In this document: one piece after another, positions 46,179 through 55,540 of the stretch
Numbering within the stretch: the stretch's first letter is position 1
How the letters are laid out: each line of letters starts with the position of its first letter
Source: an uncultured Actinomycetes bacterium
Lineage (GTDB): Bacteria > Actinomycetota > Thermoleophilia > Gaiellales > JAICJC01
DNA: 64,000 bases
Reading direction: 5' to 3'
Assembly (NCBI GenBank): GCA_963744065.1
Contig: CAVUSN010000023.1
Coordinates: forward strand, 45,559-109,558
Translations under genes and position numbers: made by a program
Notes under the pieces: model-generated
Databases searched by the model: none
Told to the model about the DNA's origin: nothing
What the model saw: only the letters and a program-made list of their open reading frames with translations

Positions 46179-47264
46179 CTCAGGTAGGGCTCGGCGGGCG
46201 GGGTCTGGCGGGGCCAGCTCGCCGGGCTCGGTGGGCCGTCCGCGGTGCGCCCGCACGACCGCCCGCAGGTCTGCCGAGACCGTGCGCAGCAGCGCCGGCG
46301 GCGACAGCGGAGTCACCCGCCCGCCCAGCGACAGGATCCAGGCGACAGCGCGCGCAGGTCGGAGTACTCGGTGGTCAGGCGGCGCCGAGCCGTCGTCGTG
46401 CTCCTCGATCTCGCCGTAGCGTCCGTACAGCCGGTCCACCCAGAAGGTGGCGTCGGGCGACACCGCCAGCACCGCCTCGCCGGCCGGCTCGCGGCCCAGC
46501 TGCCACGGCGCCCGGTCGCGGTAGGCGGTGACGTTGAAGTCGGCGGGGATGCGGAAGTCGCGCTCGCGGCGGGTGGCGAACTTGATCTCGCCGCGGATCC
46601 GCGAGACGCGGAAGGTCGCGCCGCCGGTCGGGGTCCTCAGCCGGCCGGTCGAGGTCGTCGCCGACCACGTACCAGACGCCGTTCAGCTCGCACAGCCCGT
46701 ACGGGTTGACGCGCCGCTCGGCGCTGCGTGTCGGTGCGAGATCGTCCAGTAGGTGAAGCGCACCGTGCGCTGCTTGGAGATGGCCTGCTCGAGCTTGGCC
46801 AGGCGCTGCGCCATCTCGGCCGTGTAGACGCTGCCGAGCAGGTCGACAGTGGCGGTCTTGGGACCGGGGTCGAGCAGTGGGTGGGCGCGGCCCAGGGCCA
46901 GGTTCTGCAGCGCCAGGCGCAGCGGCTCGGCGTAGGCGAACTGGCCCTCCAGCAGGTGCAGGCTGGTCTGCAGCGCCGCCAGCTCGTCGTCGGTGAGGTC
47001 GATCGGCGGCAGGAAGTAGTGCTCCTCGCGCAGGTTGTACAGCTCCTCGCCGGTGAACTCGTCGCGGACCGAGTCGATCGGCACGCCCAGGCCCTGCAGC
47101 TCGGTGCGGTCGGCGTAGTAGCGGCGGGCGAAGGCTTCGTCGCCCATGTTCGCGTAGCCCTCGACGTTGCTCTTCACGTCACGGGCGGTGACCGGTCGCT
47201 GCTCCGCCATCAGGTAGGCCACCAGGGAGAGCTGGCGGATGAGCTTGTCGGCGTCGTGCGTCAA
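46179..47264 (-). pseudogene. pafB: PafB-like HTH/WYL transcriptional regulator; several frame changes, 3' boundary approximate
   Basis: TTG at 47264. DKLIRQLSLVAYLMAEQRPVTARDV...KQRTVRFTYWTIS, then NGVWYVVGDDLDR, FRVSRIRGEI-type and VLAVSPDATFWVDRLYG...ILSLGGRVTPLSPPALL in other frames. Confidence 0.6.
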
Positions 47265-47368
47265 GACAGAGGGGCAGTCTACCGGTGCCCGGGTGTTGCC
47301 AATCCGCCATGTCGTGCCGGGTCGGTCGCGGATCTGTGACGAGCTCCGTGACCGGCCGCCGGCGGCGG

Positions 47369-47389
47369 TACTATCGAACGAATGATCGC
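47369..47389 (+). promoter_or_regulatory. TACTAT -10 hexamer 7 nt before the dinB ATG (leaderless-type), overlapped by a candidate LexA box TCGAACgaatGATCGC
   Basis: TACTAT at 47369..47374. TCGAAC-N4-GATCGC at 47374..47389 matches 10 of 12 positions of the actinobacterial TCGAAC-N4-GTTCGA consensus as I recall it. Confidence 0.4.
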
Positions 47390-48466
47390 CCATCTCGACC
47401 TGGACGCCTTCTTCGCCGCGGTCGAGCTGCACCGCCGTCCGGAGCTGCGCGGCAAGCCGCTGGTGGTGGGCGGCAACCGGCCGCACGGGGCGTGGTGTCG
47501 ACCGCCAGCTACGAGGCCCGCAAGTACGGCATCCGCTCGGCCATGAGCTGCGCCGAGGCGCTGCGCCGCTGCCCGCACGTCGTGTTCGTGCGGCCCGACC
47601 ACCGCACCTACCGGGAGTGGTCGCGGCGGGTCTGGGAGATCGTCCGCTCGATGGCGCCGGTGGTCGAGCAGGTCGGCATCGACGAGGGCTACCTGGTGCT
47701 GGCCGACGGCGACCCGCGTGAGCAGGCGGCGCTCGTCCAGCAGGCGATCCGCGCGGCAGGTGCGGCTGTCGTGCTCGCTGGGCGTGGCGACCTGCAAGGT
47801 GGTGGCCAAGATCGCGTCGGACATGCGCAAGCCGGGCGGCATCACGTACGTCCCGGCGGCGAGGAGGCCGCGTTCCTGGCGCCGCTGGCGGTGCGCAAGC
47901 TGCCCGGGGTGGGGCCCGAAGGCCGAGCACCGCCTGACGGCGGCCGGGATCGAGACGATCGGCGGGCTGGCGGCGCTCGACGACGACCGCCTGCGCGCAG
48001 CTGCTGCCCGGCGCGGCTGGGTGCGGAGCTGCGCGACCGCGCCCGCGGCATCGACCCGCGGCCGGTGTCGGCCGAGCCGGGCGAGGCGATCTCGATCTCC
48101 AGCGAGGAGACGTTCGAGCGCGACATCACCGACCGCGACGAGCTGCACGCCGGCTGCGGCCGATGGCCGACGAGCTGGCCGCACGCTCGTCCGCAAAGGC
48201 CTGGCGGCGCGCACCGTCACGACCAAGCTGCGCTACCCGGACTTCTCGATCGTCACCCGCTCGCAGTCGCTGGCGGTCGGCATCGACGAGCCCCAGATGA
48301 TCGGCGATCTGGCCTGCCGGCTGCTCGACCGCGCGCTCGACCAGCGGCCGGGCGCGCTGCGCCTGGTCGGCGTCGGCGTGTCAGGTCTCGAGCGCCACAA
48401 GCAGCTCGCGCTGCCGGTGGACGAGGCGGCTACGCTGCGACCGGGCGGCGCTCCTCGAGGTGCTGA
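47382..48466 (+). pseudogene. dinB: DNA polymerase IV (DinB); at least seven frame changes, 3' end uncertain
   Basis: [84 protein letters not shown] and TVTTKLRYPDFS alternate between frames. Confidence 0.8.
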
Positions 48467-48843
48467 TGCGACGGGCAGTACTCGCGGTCGGGCAGCGGCG
48501 TGCGCTGGCACGGCTTGCCCTTGCGGGTGGTCGCCTTGCACGACGCCATGCCCTCGTCGGCCCGCTCGATCTCCTCGAGGATGTGGGCCACCGCTCTGGA
48601 GATGTGCCGGTCGATCGACCGGTACACCCGCGCCTGATTGGAGATCGAGAACAGGTGGCGGATCTCCTGGAACAGGCTCTGGCTGGGCTTCGCGAAGTAG
48701 TGCGGGTCGCGGGCCAGCCGCTCGATGGTGCCCTCGCATGCGTTCAGCACCCGCCGTTTCGCCTCCGGGACGCTGATCGTGTCCGGATGCGGGTCGACCA
48801 GCTCTTTGATGTCGACGTAAATGGCGCGGCTGAATCGATACAT
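48430..48843 (-). CDS. hypothetical protein with C-terminal Cys/His cluster
   Basis: ATG at 48843 with GAGGAG upstream. MYRFSRAIYVDIKELV...; C-terminal KGKPCQRTPLPDREYCPSHQH. Confidence 0.65.
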   Translation of the reverse strand: MYRFSRAIYVDIKELVDPHPDTISVPEAKRRVLNACEGTIERLARDPHYFAKPSQSLFQEIRHLFSISNQARVYRSIDRHISRAVAHILEEIERADEGMASCKATTRKGKPCQRTPLPDREYCPSHQHLEERRPVAA

Positions 48844-49019
48844 GCGTTCTCCTCGCGCTGTTACAAGGGTGTGAAGGACGGCCGTGCCATTATGCACCGC
48901 GGGCCGTTCATTTGGGGTGTCGGATTGTTAAGCAGAGATTAATCACCGCGATTCGTTCGGAGAAAGTGGCGGATTTCCCAACAAATACCCAAGCGGGTGT
49001 CGGGTCACAAACTCGCAGT

Positions 49020-49924
49020 ATGCGGTGTTACATGCACCCACTGTTCGGCGCCCACGACCCCGGCCCGCATCCCGAGCGGCCGGCCCGCTACGACGTCGTG
49101 CTGGCCGCCGTGCAGGCGTCCGGGGCGGACATCCTGGAGGCCCCGGCCGCGACGCCGGAGGCGATGGCGCGCGTGCACCCGGCCGCCCATCTGGCCTGGT
49201 TGGAGGAGGTTTGCAGCGCCGGCGGCGGCATGCTCGACCCCGACACGGTCGTCAACCCGTTCAGCCTGGACGCGGCGCTGCGGGCCTGCGGCGGGGCGGT
49301 GGCCGGTGTGGACGCGGTGCTGGACGGTGAGGCAGGCGCGGCCTTCGTGGGCGGGCGTCCGCCCGGCCACCATGCCGAGGCGGCGCGGGTGATGGGCTTC
49401 TGCATCATCAAATCAGCGTGGCGGTGGCCGCCGCCCACGCGCGCAGCCGCGGAGTCGAGCGGGTGGCCATCGTGGACTGGGACGTGCACCACGGCAACGG
49501 CACCCAGGCCATCTTCTGGACCGACCCGGACGTGCTGTACGTGTCCCTGCACCAGTTCGGGTGGGGGTTCTTCCCGGGCACCGGCACGGCCGCCGAGCAG
49601 GGCGGCGACGGTGCGGCGGGCGCGACGGTCAACGTGCCGCTGGCGGTCGGCGCCGGCCGCGGCGAGTACCTGGCGGCGTTCGCCGAGCGGGCGCTGCCGG
49701 CGGTGCGGGACGACCGGCCGCAGCTGATCCTGGTGTCGGCCGGCTACGACGCCCACCACGCCGATCCGCTGGGCTCGCTGCGGCTGGACGAGGCGGCTTT
49801 CGTGGAGATGACCGAGCGGCTGGGGGAGTTGGGCGTGCCGCAGGTGCACGTGCTGGAGGGCGGCTACGACCTGGACGCGCTCCGGGCCAGCGTCGCCGCC
49901 GTGTTATCCGCCCTGCAACACTGA
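49020..49924 (+). pseudogene. histone-deacetylase-family enzyme (AcuC / acetylpolyamine amidohydrolase-like); one frame change near 49410
   Basis: HPERPAR, RPPGHHA, GFCI (frame 1), then VAIVDWDVHHGNGTQ, SAGYDAH, LEGGY (ORF 49418..49924). Alternative start at 49032. Confidence 0.8.
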
Positions 49925-49927
49925 GAG

Positions 49928-49975
49928 TCGGGGTCAGGCACCGTCACGGACCACGTGACGGTGCCTGACCCCGAC
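49928..49975. repeat. GGGGTCAGGCACCGTCAC palindromic repeat, copy 3 (21-nt arms, 7-nt loop, T-tract); intrinsic terminator-like
   Basis: GTCGGGGTCAGGCACCGTCAC-GGACCAC-GTGACGGTGCCTGACCCCGAC followed by TTTT. Lies 4 nt after the HDAC stop and 4 nt before the convergent stop. Confidence 0.9.
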
Positions 49976-49978
49976 TTT

Positions 49979-51637
49979 TCAGGCCTGGGCCTGGCTGAGC
50001 TCGACCAGGTTGCGCGAGAAGGCCGTGTTCTCGCGGTAGTCGATGGGGATCTCGACCACCGACGGCACGTCCAGCTCGAGCGCCCGGCGCAGCGTCGGCA
50101 CCAGTTCGTCGGTCGCGCCCACCCGCATGCCGGCGATCCCGAACGACTCGGCCAGCTTGACCAGGTCGGGATTGGTGAACTTGGTGCCGGCCAGGTGGCC
50201 GAAGCGCCGCTGCTGGTGCAGTTCGATCACGCCGTAGGCGGAGTCGGTCCACACGATGTTGATGGTGGGAAGGCCCAGCCGCTTGGCGGTCTCCAACTCC
50301 TGGCAGTTCATCAGGAAGCCGCCGTCGCCGGAGATCGTGACCACCCGCCGGTCGCGCGGCAGCACCAGCCGAGCGGCCACCCCGGCCGGCACGGCGAAGC
50401 CCATGGCGGCGGCGCCGTTTGAGATCAGCACGGTGTTCGGCTCGTGCGTCGGCCACAGCCGGGAGATCCACAGCTTGTGTGCGCCCACGTCGGAGATCAG
50501 CAGATCGTGCGGCCCCATCAGCTGGCGCAGGTCGCGCAGCACGCGCTGCGGCTTGACCGGGAAGCCGTCGTCGGAGCCAGCCTCGAGAGCGCCGCGCAGC
50601 AGTTGCCCGTACTCCGGCGCGCTGAAGCGGGCCGGCGGCTTGTCCGAGATCAGGTTGCCCAGGTGGGTGAGGATGTGGGCCAGGTCGCCGATCAGCTCCA
50701 CCTCGGGCACGTAGTGCTCGTCCACCTCGGCCGCCACCGTATCGATGCACAGCACCCGCCGGTCGCGGCGCGGGTTCCAGGCCCGCGGCGACCACTCGAC
50801 CAGGTCGTAGCCGACGCACAGCACCAGATCGGCCTGGCCCATGAAGCCCTTGGGGTAGTCCTGCGCGCGCAGGCCAGCCGTGAACAGCGCGTATTCGGAG
50901 TCGGAGTCGACCACGCCCTTGCCCATGAACGTGTTGATCACGCGCATCCCGGTCTGGGCGCAGAACCGGCGCAGGGCGGGGGCGGCGTTCTGGCGGACGA
51001 CGCCGTTCCCGGCCAGGATCACCGGGCGCTCAGCCGACTGCAGCAGTGCTGCAGCGCGGTGCAGTTCGCCGGCCACCGGTTCGATCATGGCCGCCGGCCG
51101 GTGCGGCAGCGGCTCGCCGTCCACGTCCGGCGTCTCCATCACGTCGGCCGGCAGCTCCAGATGGGTCGCGCCGGGCTTCTCCCGCTCGGCCACCGCGAAC
51201 GCCTTGCGTACCGCCTCGGGGATGATTTCGGCGTCGTGGATGCGCGCGTTCCACTTGGTCACCGGCTTCAGCATGCGCACGATGTCGATGTGCTGGTGGC
51301 TCTCCTTGTGCATCTCCGACAGGTCTGTCTGGCCGGTCAGGGCGACCAGCGGCGCCCGGTCGAGGAACGCGTCGGCCATCCCGGTCACCAGGTTGGTCGC
51401 ACCTGGCCCCAGCGTGCCCAGGCAGACACCGGCGTGGCCTGTCAGGCGGCCCCAGGCGTCGGCCATGAAGGCGGCGCCCTGCTCGTGCCGGACGGGGATG
51501 AACTCCACGCTGGACGAGTGGTCGAGGGCCTCATTGAGGTCGAGCGTCTCCTCGCCGGGGATGCCGAACACGTACCGCACGCCCTCGTTCTCGAGGCAGT
51601 TGACGAAGAGCTCAGCGGCGCCTGGAGGGTGTTTCAT
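49979..51637 (-). CDS. thiamine-diphosphate enzyme, acetolactate synthase-like (catabolic AlsS type)
   Basis: ATG at 51637. GIPGEE, GPGATNL, TPP motif GDGGFLMN...N. 552 aa. Confidence 0.9.
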   Translation of the reverse strand: MKHPPGAAELFVNCLENEGVRYVFGIPGEETLDLNEALDHSSSVEFIPVRHEQGAAFMADAWGRLTGHAGVCLGTLGPGATNLVTGMADAFLDRAPLVALTGQTDLSEMHKESHQHIDIVRMLKPVTKWNARIHDAEIIPEAVRKAFAVAEREKPGATHLELPADVMETPDVDGEPLPHRPAAMIEPVAGELHRAAALLQSAERPVILAGNGVVRQNAAPALRRFCAQTGMRVINTFMGKGVVDSDSEYALFTAGLRAQDYPKGFMGQADLVLCVGYDLVEWSPRAWNPRRDRRVLCIDTVAAEVDEHYVPEVELIGDLAHILTHLGNLISDKPPARFSAPEYGQLLRGALEAGSDDGFPVKPQRVLRDLRQLMGPHDLLISDVGAHKLWISRLWPTHEPNTVLISNGAAAMGFAVPAGVAARLVLPRDRRVVTISGDGGFLMNCQELETAKRLGLPTINIVWTDSAYGVIELHQQRRFGHLAGTKFTNPDLVKLAESFGIAGMRVGATDELVPTLRRALELDVPSVVEIPIDYRENTAFSRNLVELSQAQA

Positions 51638-51690
51638 GATGGCGTCGTGACGAGGCCTGGCATCGGGCCGCAAGTCTACCGGCGGCCCAT

Positions 51691-52386
51691 TCAGACGCTC
51701 GCCAGCAGATCGGCCAGTTCGGCCGGCCGGGCCAGCATGGGCGAGTGCGATCCGGGCCACTCGAGCGTGGTCACTCCGAGCAGGTTGCGGGCGGCCCGGC
51801 GCGACCAGGCCGGGCCGATCATCAGATCCTCGGCGCACACCAGGTAGGTGGAGGGCACGTCCGGCCAGCCCGCCAGCGGGCACACCTCCCGGCCGGGGGC
51901 GGACGCCTGCGGCCGCAGCCGGTCGACGGCACGGCCGGCCAGGTCGGGGTCGCAGTCGGCATACATGGCCTCGATCGCGTCGGCCGGATCCGGCCAGTAG
52001 GAGAGGCCGGCCGCGTTTCGGCCGATGCGCTCGGCCGGCCCCGGCGGGAACAGGTCGGGCTCGTCCCAGCGTTCGCTCATCGACCGGCCGGGGATGGGGA
52101 CGAGCGCGCACAGCCACAGCATGTGCCGAACCGGCCTGGCGGCGGCCACCAGCGGGATGGTCAGCCCGCCCAGCGAGTGGCCGACGGCGACCACGTCGTC
52201 ACCGGCCTGCGCCCGATCCAGCGCCTCGCACACCGCCGCGGCGTAGCGGCTGGCGTCCGCCTCCGGGTCGTCGCAGGGCAGATCCGGCGCCACCGCCCGG
52301 TGACCGCGGGCCTCCAGCTCGGCGGACAGTGCGTCGAACGCCCAGCCGCCGTGCCAGGCCCCGTGCACGAGCGCAAACGTCGTCAC
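51691..52386 (-). CDS. alpha/beta hydrolase
   Basis: FALVHGAWHGGW; nucleophile elbow GHSLGG; C-terminal GSHSPML. Confidence 0.85.
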   Translation of the reverse strand: MTTFALVHGAWHGGWAFDALSAELEARGHRAVAPDLPCDDPEADASRYAAAVCEALDRAQAGDDVVAVGHSLGGLTIPLVAAARPVRHMLWLCALVPIPGRSMSERWDEPDLFPPGPAERIGRNAAGLSYWPDPADAIEAMYADCDPDLAGRAVDRLRPQASAPGREVCPLAGWPDVPSTYLVCAEDLMIGPAWSRRAARNLLGVTTLEWPGSHSPMLARPAELADLLASV

Positions 52387-52415
52387 GCGTCGAGCCTACC
52401 AGCGGTGTATGCCGC

Positions 52416-53486
52416 TTACTTGGGCCCGTACACCGTGTAGCAGCTGTCCGCTGCGCCGGCGATCGTCCGCTGCTCGTCGTTCAACTGCTGGGCCAGCAGC
52501 TGGGTATACAGGCTGCGGTGCATCGCCCCGCCGGGCAGCATGACCGGCGCCGAGGAGTAGCCGTCGGGGAACCCGCCGGCGGTGTACTCGCCCGGAGGCG
52601 GCCCCTGCCAGCGCACGATCGGCGTCACGCCCGGCCCCATGGCGGTGGCCCGGTACATGGTGGCGGCGGCGTAGCCCGGGCGGGTCACGCCGTAGGTGGT
52701 CTTGTACACGCTGGCGCAGAAGTCGCCGTGCGGATAGTGGGTGAGGAAGCCGTTCCAGCGCACCCAGCCGCCGGGCTGCGTGTAGGCGCCGTCCTTCGAC
52801 CAGGCCGAGTTCTGGGCGTCAACGTAGATATTTCGGCCGTAGCCGTCCGTCGGGCTGCCGACCCGGGTGGACGCATGCCCGTAGACGCGGTGGCCGTCAA
52901 CGGCGAACACGCCGTACAGGTGGTCGTAGTGCACGCTGCCGGCCGCGTTCGCCCAGCCCCACTTGAGCCACAGCACCGGGTTGAACTTGTCCGTCCAGTG
53001 CGACACCTGGAGCTCCCACGCGCGGGCGGTGGTGGTGGCCGGGTGCACGCCGGCGTCGGGCAGGGTGCGCTGCCATTCCTGCAGCGCCCAGTGCTCGGAG
53101 GCGTTGTTGTTCATGGTGCAGGCGGCCACCGTCACGGCCATCGACGACTTGAGCGCCTGGTCAGGCGTGCACATGTTGGTGATGTGCTTCCAGGCGTTGG
53201 CCCCAAACGGGCTGCCGGCGCCGCCGTTGTAGTTGATCGAGAACTGCACCTGCGGCACCTTGGTCGAGTAGAAGCGCGCGTTCATGGCGCCCCACACCAG
53301 AGCGCGGTGCCAGACGCCACCGCTCTGGTAGGTGACGACGGCGACCTCGCGGCCATCGAGCATGCCCACCTTGATGGACGGATGCGCGGCGTTTCGGGCC
53401 ACCAGCTGGCTGGCGGACGCGGAGCCCGCCAGCACAACCAGTGAAACGACCACCCCAGAAAGAAGACAAGAAAACCTGAGCTTCAT
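52416..53486 (-). CDS. secreted protein of unknown family (Trp/Tyr/Gly/Asn-rich)
   Basis: Signal peptide MKLRFSCLLSGVVVSLVVLAGSASA, encoded by unusually AT-rich codons. 356 aa. The upstream part of track ORF 52416..54065 is non-coding-like. Confidence 0.75.
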   Translation of the reverse strand: MKLRFSCLLSGVVVSLVVLAGSASASQLVARNAAHPSIKVGMLDGREVAVVTYQSGGVWHRALVWGAMNARFYSTKVPQVQFSINYNGGAGSPFGANAWKHITNMCTPDQALKSSMAVTVAACTMNNNASEHWALQEWQRTLPDAGVHPATTTARAWELQVSHWTDKFNPVLWLKWGWANAAGSVHYDHLYGVFAVDGHRVYGHASTRVGSPTDGYGRNIYVDAQNSAWSKDGAYTQPGGWVRWNGFLTHYPHGDFCASVYKTTYGVTRPGYAAATMYRATAMGPGVTPIVRWQGPPPGEYTAGGFPDGYSSAPVMLPGGAMHRSLYTQLLAQQLNDEQRTIAGAADSCYTVYGPK

Positions 53487-53657
53487 GCACATATTGCATC
53501 GGAATCCGCGGGGCATATGCCCTCCCCCAGGGGAGGGATCGGAGATGTCACCCAATGCGTGGCGGTTTGGGCACGAACTCGGCTCGGATGGCGTCTTGTT
53601 CCGTGGCTGGGGCTCGCCGGATGCTGTGGCGGTCAACCGACCCCAGGAGGCTTTCTG

Positions 53658-53903
53658 ATGACCACCTTGATGCTCACCGCCCGCGCCCATAGCGCCGTTC
53701 TGGCCGCCGCCCAGCGCCTGCAGCGCGATGCTGCCGACGAACGCGGACAGGGCACCGTCGAGTACGTCGGCCTGGCCATGGCCATCGGCGTCCTGCTGCT
53801 CGCCGTCAGCTCGTTCCTGTCCGGTAAGGACCATGGCATCGGCTCGATCATCACCGGCGCCATCAAGTCGGCGCTGGAGCAGGCGTCGGGCGGCGCCAAG
53901 TGA
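53658..53903 (+). CDS. Flp/Fap-type pilin-like small protein
   Basis: AGGAGG lies 7 nt before the ATG. Leader ending ERG, then QGTVEYVGLAMAIGVLLLAV (G-x4-EY prepilin motif plus a hydrophobic helix). 81 aa. Confidence 0.6.
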   Translation: MTTLMLTARAHSAVLAAAQRLQRDAADERGQGTVEYVGLAMAIGVLLLAVSSFLSGKDHGIGSIITGAIKSALEQASGGAK

Positions 53904-53904
53904 T

Positions 53905-54117
53905 CTAGCAACTCGGGTTGGCCGACGAGATGTACAGCATCCCCAGCATGAACAGCACGATCTCGCCGGAGCCGATGACCAATGCCGCCCTGGCCATCGT
54001 CCGCCCTGTGCGGGCGATTGCCATGAGCGCCACCGCTGCCGCCGGGGCGGCGAACAGCAGGCCAACCGGCAGGTCGCCGCGCGCGAGGAACAAGGCGGCC
54101 TGCTGGTCGGTGCTCAC
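53905..54117 (-). CDS. small two-TM membrane protein
   Basis: 70 aa with a GTG start. LPVGLLFAAPAAAVALMAIA and ALVIGSGEIVLFMLGMLYI. Convergent with the pilin-like gene. Confidence 0.4.
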   Translation of the reverse strand: MSTDQQAALFLARGDLPVGLLFAAPAAAVALMAIARTGRTMARAALVIGSGEIVLFMLGMLYISSANPSC

Positions 54118-54427
54118 GGTTCCAGCGTACCGGGTCGCCTAATACACTTTGTCAAGTGGCAAAGTCGGTCTGGAATCGAATCCGCAGCGCGGCACGCGGC
54201 GCGACCCGTCGCCTGACCCCGCCGGGCAACCGCACGCCGGTCGAGGAGAGTCTGGAGCAGAAGCCCGGGCTCTCTAGCGGAACCGCGTTTCCCGCGGGTC
54301 AGCGCCACGCGGATACCGATGGCTGGCTGGGCAAGGGCTGAGCTGACGGCGCTCGCGGCGACCGGTAGACCCAGAACCGTTACCGCACCGACACGGAGCC
54401 GCCACCCACCCCTGATACGTTGGGGGC

Positions 54428-55540
54428 ATGAGGCTCCTGCGAACACTGCCCGCCAAGGTTGGCCTGGTCTCGACACTGGCGGGGCTGGCGCTGCTCGGCG
54501 CCGGGCAGCGGGCGCATGGGCAGCAGGTCACCACCACCCCGACCCTGTCCCAGCTGGTCGGCCAGCGGCTGGTGATCGGGTTCTCGGGCACGACCGCCAA
54601 CCCCGCTCTGCTGGGTCGGATCAAGGCCGGCCAGGTGGCCGGCGTGATCCTGTTTTCGTCCAACATCTCGTCGCCCAGCCAGCTGATCGCGCTGACCAGC
54701 TCGTTGCAGGCGGCCGCCACGGCCGGTGGCCAGCCGAAGCTGATCATCGCCACCGACCAGGAGGGCGGGCTGGTCAAGCGCATCCCGTGGGCGCCGCCCA
54801 ACCGCTCGGCCCAGCAGTTGGGCATGCTGCCCACGGCGCAGGTCACCCAGAGCGGCAGGGAGACCGGCGTGGCGCTGGCCAAGGACGGCGTCAACGTCGA
54901 CCTGGCGCCGGTGTCCGACGTCCCCGCCGGCCCGCAGGACTTCATCGAGCAGCAGCAGCGGGCCTTCTCGCAGAGCCGGTTCACGGTCGCCCTGGACGCC
55001 GCCGGGTTCGCCGGCGGGCTCGAGCAGGAGGGCGTCTGGCCGACCATGAAGCACTTCCCCGGGCTCGGTCTGGCGACCGTCTCCACCGATCAGGCACTGG
55101 TGCGCATCACCGCCTCGGCGCAGACCATCAACAAGGGCCTCATCCCCTACACACTGGCCTTCCAGCGCAAGCTGCACCCGCTGGTCATGCTGTCGACCGC
55201 CGTCTACCCGGCGCTCGACTGGCGGGCGGCCGCCTGGTCGCCCCCCATCATCGGCCCGCTCCTGCACGGAAAGCTGCGCTTCGGCGGCGTCACCATCACC
55301 GACTCACTCGACTCGGCCGCGGCCGTGCGCCACGAGACCGTGCCTGCGGTCGCGCTCCGCTGCGCCGGGGCGGGCGCCGACATGCTGCTGGTGACCGGCT
55401 CCCAGGCCACCAGCCAGGCGGTTTTCAAGGCCCTGCTGGCCGCCGCCAAGTCGGGTGCGCTGCCGATGTCCAACCTCACGACTTCGTACAACCGGGTCAT
55501 CGGCCTCAAGGTCACGGTTGTAGGGAAGCCGGCGCTACCG
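54428..55540 (+). CDS. secreted glycoside hydrolase family 3 (NagZ-like beta-N-acetylhexosaminidase); true 3' end uncertain
   Basis: Signal peptide. GQRLVIGFSG, ATDQEGGLVKR, KHFPGLG. The track ORF runs on to 55912 as an Arg-rich tail antisense to the dodecin gene, so a 3' frame error or an earlier stop is likely. Confidence 0.8.

Noticed and set aside
47265-47381. TGTCGG-type (RecA-independent) promoter element upstream of dinB.
   Set aside because: No TGTCRG is present at the required distance from the TACTAT hexamer. Only GTGACC and TGTGAC-like words are present.
54172-54183. GGAATCGAATCC, which resembles a tRNA T-loop.
   Set aside because: No complementary T-stem, acceptor stem or anticodon arm can be drawn on either strand.
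54156-54341. 61-aa basic ORF (MAKSVWNRIRSAARGATRRL...) in the GH3 leader.
   Set aside because: Moderate third-position bias but no SD, a disordered low-complexity sequence, and no recognisable family. Not enough evidence to call it.
54118-54427. 310-nt leader upstream of the GH3 gene as a riboswitch (CGAATCCGCAGC resembles part of the ydaO core), plus a 6-bp AT-rich hairpin ACTTTG-N8-CAAAGT at 54146..54165.
   Set aside because: Only one short segment resembles the motif and the rest does not fit. Recorded as a place to run cmscan, not as a feature.
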